DNA of 61,168 nt, counting the filler. It is 8 parts of 8 records of this genome, joined end to end, with 100 filler letters (N's around TTAATTAATTAA, not from the genome) between each part and the next. Parts side by side here need not be neighbours in the genome. Positions count along the whole stretch, not along the records: positions 55,888 to 61,168 come from SRR31156797_45988; 7 more parts are not named here. One strand, given 5' to 3'. Both the position numbers and the translations under genes were made by a program. Below are positions 59,183-61,168 of this stretch, one piece after another. The notes under the pieces are model-generated. The model had not been told where the DNA came from and did not search any database. It saw only the letters and a list, made by a program, of their open reading frames with translations. How positions within the stretch are numbered: the first letter of the stretch is position 1; the number at the start of each line of letters is the position of its first letter.

Positions 59183-60114
59183 ACCGATTGATCGCACTTT
59201 TAATTCTTTGTACCGTTCTTCTGGCCCCCGTGGCCACTTTTGCCAACAACCCGTTTGCCGCCCGGTCCGCCGGGTCCGACCGGCCCACTTCCCCCGTGGT
59301 GGAGAAGCGCCCGGCCTTTTCCAATCCGGTGATGGCCAAGATGATCATGCTCCAGCACACCCTGAAACAGAAGATCACCCGGCAGGTGCGACAGGCCAAG
59401 GCGGAGAAGAGCATCAAACCGCTCTTTACCCTTGTGCTGCTATCCTTTGCCTACGGGGTGCTCCATGCGGCGGGACCCGGCCATGGCAAGGCCGTTGCCA
59501 CCTCCTACCTGTTTTCCAGGGGCCGGCAGCTTGGCAACGGGCTGTTGCTGGGCAACCTCATTGCCCTGTTCCACGCCCTGTCGGCCGTGGTGCTGGTGGT
59601 GGTGCTCCGGGAGATCCTGGATGTGAGCATCACCGGCTCCCTGGATAAAACCACCCTGATGATGCAGAAGATCAGCTACGGCCTCATCGCCATGATGGGG
59701 ACGGGCCTCCTGATCCGGAACCTGATCAACTGGCGCCGGCGCAAGGAGAAGGAGCAGGAGACTTCGCCCCAGGCCGTGCCGGAGGGGCGCAATATCCTTG
59801 CCATGGCGTTTTTCACGGGCATGGTGCCCTGCCCGGGGGTGGTCCTGATCATGCTGTTTACCATGTCCCTGGATATGATGGGCCTTGGCATGGTTCTCTC
59901 TTTGGCCACGGCCGTGGGAATGGGCCTGACCATTTCGGCGGTGGTCACGGTGGTGCTCAAGGGCAAGACCCTTACCCTCGGGAGCCTGGACCAGCGGCCC
60001 GGCCTTGCCGAGACCGTGGAGCTCTGTTTTGAGCTGGCAGGCGCCCTCATGGTGACGCTGTTGGGGACGCTTCTGTTCGGGTCCCTGGCCTCCATGGGGT
60101 CATTTGGCGTTTAA
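59179..60114 (+). CDS. NicO/RcnA-like nickel/cobalt transporter
   Basis: YGVLHAAGPGHGKAV, GMVPCPG; ATGA overlap with the DUF1007 gene. Confidence 0.85.
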   Translation: MNRLIALLILCTVLLAPVATFANNPFAARSAGSDRPTSPVVEKRPAFSNPVMAKMIMLQHTLKQKITRQVRQAKAEKSIKPLFTLVLLSFAYGVLHAAGPGHGKAVATSYLFSRGRQLGNGLLLGNLIALFHALSAVVLVVVLREILDVSITGSLDKTTLMMQKISYGLIAMMGTGLLIRNLINWRRRKEKEQETSPQAVPEGRNILAMAFFTGMVPCPGVVLIMLFTMSLDMMGLGMVLSLATAVGMGLTISAVVTVVLKGKTLTLGSLDQRPGLAETVELCFELAGALMVTLLGTLLFGSLASMGSFGV

Positions 60115-60138
60115 AATTTTGATTGTTCGCGGGAGATC

Positions 60139-61083
60139 ATGATGTTGAATTCAACAACCGGCAATGTTTCCAGGCTGGGATATTTTTATGTGGTGATGGC
60201 CGCCATCCTGTGGGCGTCCGCAGGGTCGGCCTCAAAGTTTCTGTTCAATGCCGGGGTCTCTCCCAATCAGCTGGTGCAGATCCGGGTGACCCTGGCCGCC
60301 GTGGCGCTGCTGGTATGGATCGTGCCCTTTTCCCGGGAGCTGTCACGGATCGCCCTGAAGGATCTGCCCTATGTGGTGCTCCTGGGCACCTTTGGCATGG
60401 CCGCGGTTCAATACACCTATCTCCTTGCCATCAGCAAGATCAATGTGGCGTCGGCCATCCTGCTTCAATACCAGGCCCCGGTCCTGATCATTCTCTTTTC
60501 CGCCGTGGTCCTGAAGGAGAAGATCAGCCGGGTGACCCTGGCCGCCATTGTGATGTCAACCGCCGGGTGTTACCTGGTGGTGGGGGCCTATGACCTGGCC
60601 CTGTTCTCCATGAACCGGCTGGGCGCCCTGGCCGGCCTTTTGTCCGCATGTTCCTTTGCCTTTTATTCCATGTACGGAGAATATGGCATGCGCCAATACA
60701 GTCCCGTTACCATCACCTTCTATGCCATGCTGGTGGCGGCGGTGATCTGGAACCTCATCGAAACGCCGTTCAGCGCTTTTTTGCTGGACTATAGCGCAAC
60801 CCAGTGGGGATGGATCTTTTTTATCGGTATTTTCGGGACGGTGGTGCCCTTCACCCTCTATTTCAAGGGGATCAGCCTCATCCGTTCCGCCCGGGCCGGC
60901 ATCACCGCGACCCTGGAGCCCATTGCCGCCGGATTGATCGCCTACCTGTTCCTTGGCGAATCCATGGAGCCGCTGCAGATTGCGGGGGCTGTCCTTGTGA
61001 TCCTGGTGATTATCGTGTTGCAGTTGAACAAGGAGGAGGGCAAGCTCACACCGGAGCAGTTGCGACGGTCGGCGGCAGGGTAG
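60139..61083 (+). CDS. EamA/DMT family transporter
   Basis: About 10 TM helices; ILWASAG, LQYQAP, ATLEPI motifs. Confidence 0.88.
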   Translation: MMLNSTTGNVSRLGYFYVVMAAILWASAGSASKFLFNAGVSPNQLVQIRVTLAAVALLVWIVPFSRELSRIALKDLPYVVLLGTFGMAAVQYTYLLAISKINVASAILLQYQAPVLIILFSAVVLKEKISRVTLAAIVMSTAGCYLVVGAYDLALFSMNRLGALAGLLSACSFAFYSMYGEYGMRQYSPVTITFYAMLVAAVIWNLIETPFSAFLLDYSATQWGWIFFIGIFGTVVPFTLYFKGISLIRSARAGITATLEPIAAGLIAYLFLGESMEPLQIAGAVLVILVIIVLQLNKEEGKLTPEQLRRSAAG

Positions 61084-61116
61084 CGGGGGGAATTCCAACG
61101 GGCGTTTGCAGTAATG

Positions 61117-61161
61117 GGGGCAGTTCCCCTTGACACGGCTCAGTGTCAAGGGAACTGCCCC
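61117..61161. repeat. Long inverted repeat (19-bp arms), REP-like element or terminator
   Basis: GGGGCAGTTCCCCTTGACAC-GGCTCA-GTGTCAAGGGAACTGCCCC, one bulged C. Confidence 0.75.
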
Positions 61162-61168
61162 TTTGGGT

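Overview
This window is not one locus. It is eight unrelated contigs joined by 100-nt N/TTAATTAATTAA linkers, so gene neighbourhood only means something within a contig. C1 (1-6325, Desulfobacterota-like): partial DEAD-box helicase, FAD/Fe-S D-lactate dehydrogenase-like oxidase, Pif1-HRDC helicase. C2 (6426-15055, AT-rich, Bacteroidota-like): PepSY-TM protein, LRR protein with a T9SS sorting signal, methyltransferase, ADP-forming acetate-CoA ligase. C3 (15156-26037): TPR/TM protein and radical SAM/SPASM enzyme; an ABC exporter plus orphan GspC-like gene, divergent from a 1735-aa PQQ-type propeller/MTase-like/malectin-like protein. C4 (26138-36021): futalosine menaquinone operon, MazF-type toxin-antitoxin pair, aminotransferase, TM2 protein, two-component system. 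C5 (36122-42941): integron-like cassette array (attI-like site and three attC-like hairpins) carrying an orphan gene, a HExxH protein, a beta-rich-TIR fusion, and a Zn-ribbon unknown + SNF2 helicase pair; these are candidate new anti-phage systems. C6 (43042-49820): two cytidylate-kinase-like genes and an mrp/mnh operon whose leader may be a Na+-type riboswitch. C7 (49921-55787, GC-rich): cysD-cysN-cysteate synthase-CapB-like acyltransferase-APS reductase, a likely sulfate-to-sulfonolipid (capnine-type) operon. C8 (55888-61168): LysR, small membrane protein, DUF2325/DUF1007/NicO metal-related genes, EamA. The best leads are C5, C7, the giant protein module in C3 and the mrp leader RNA. Family and taxon calls come from reading motifs; no searches were run.
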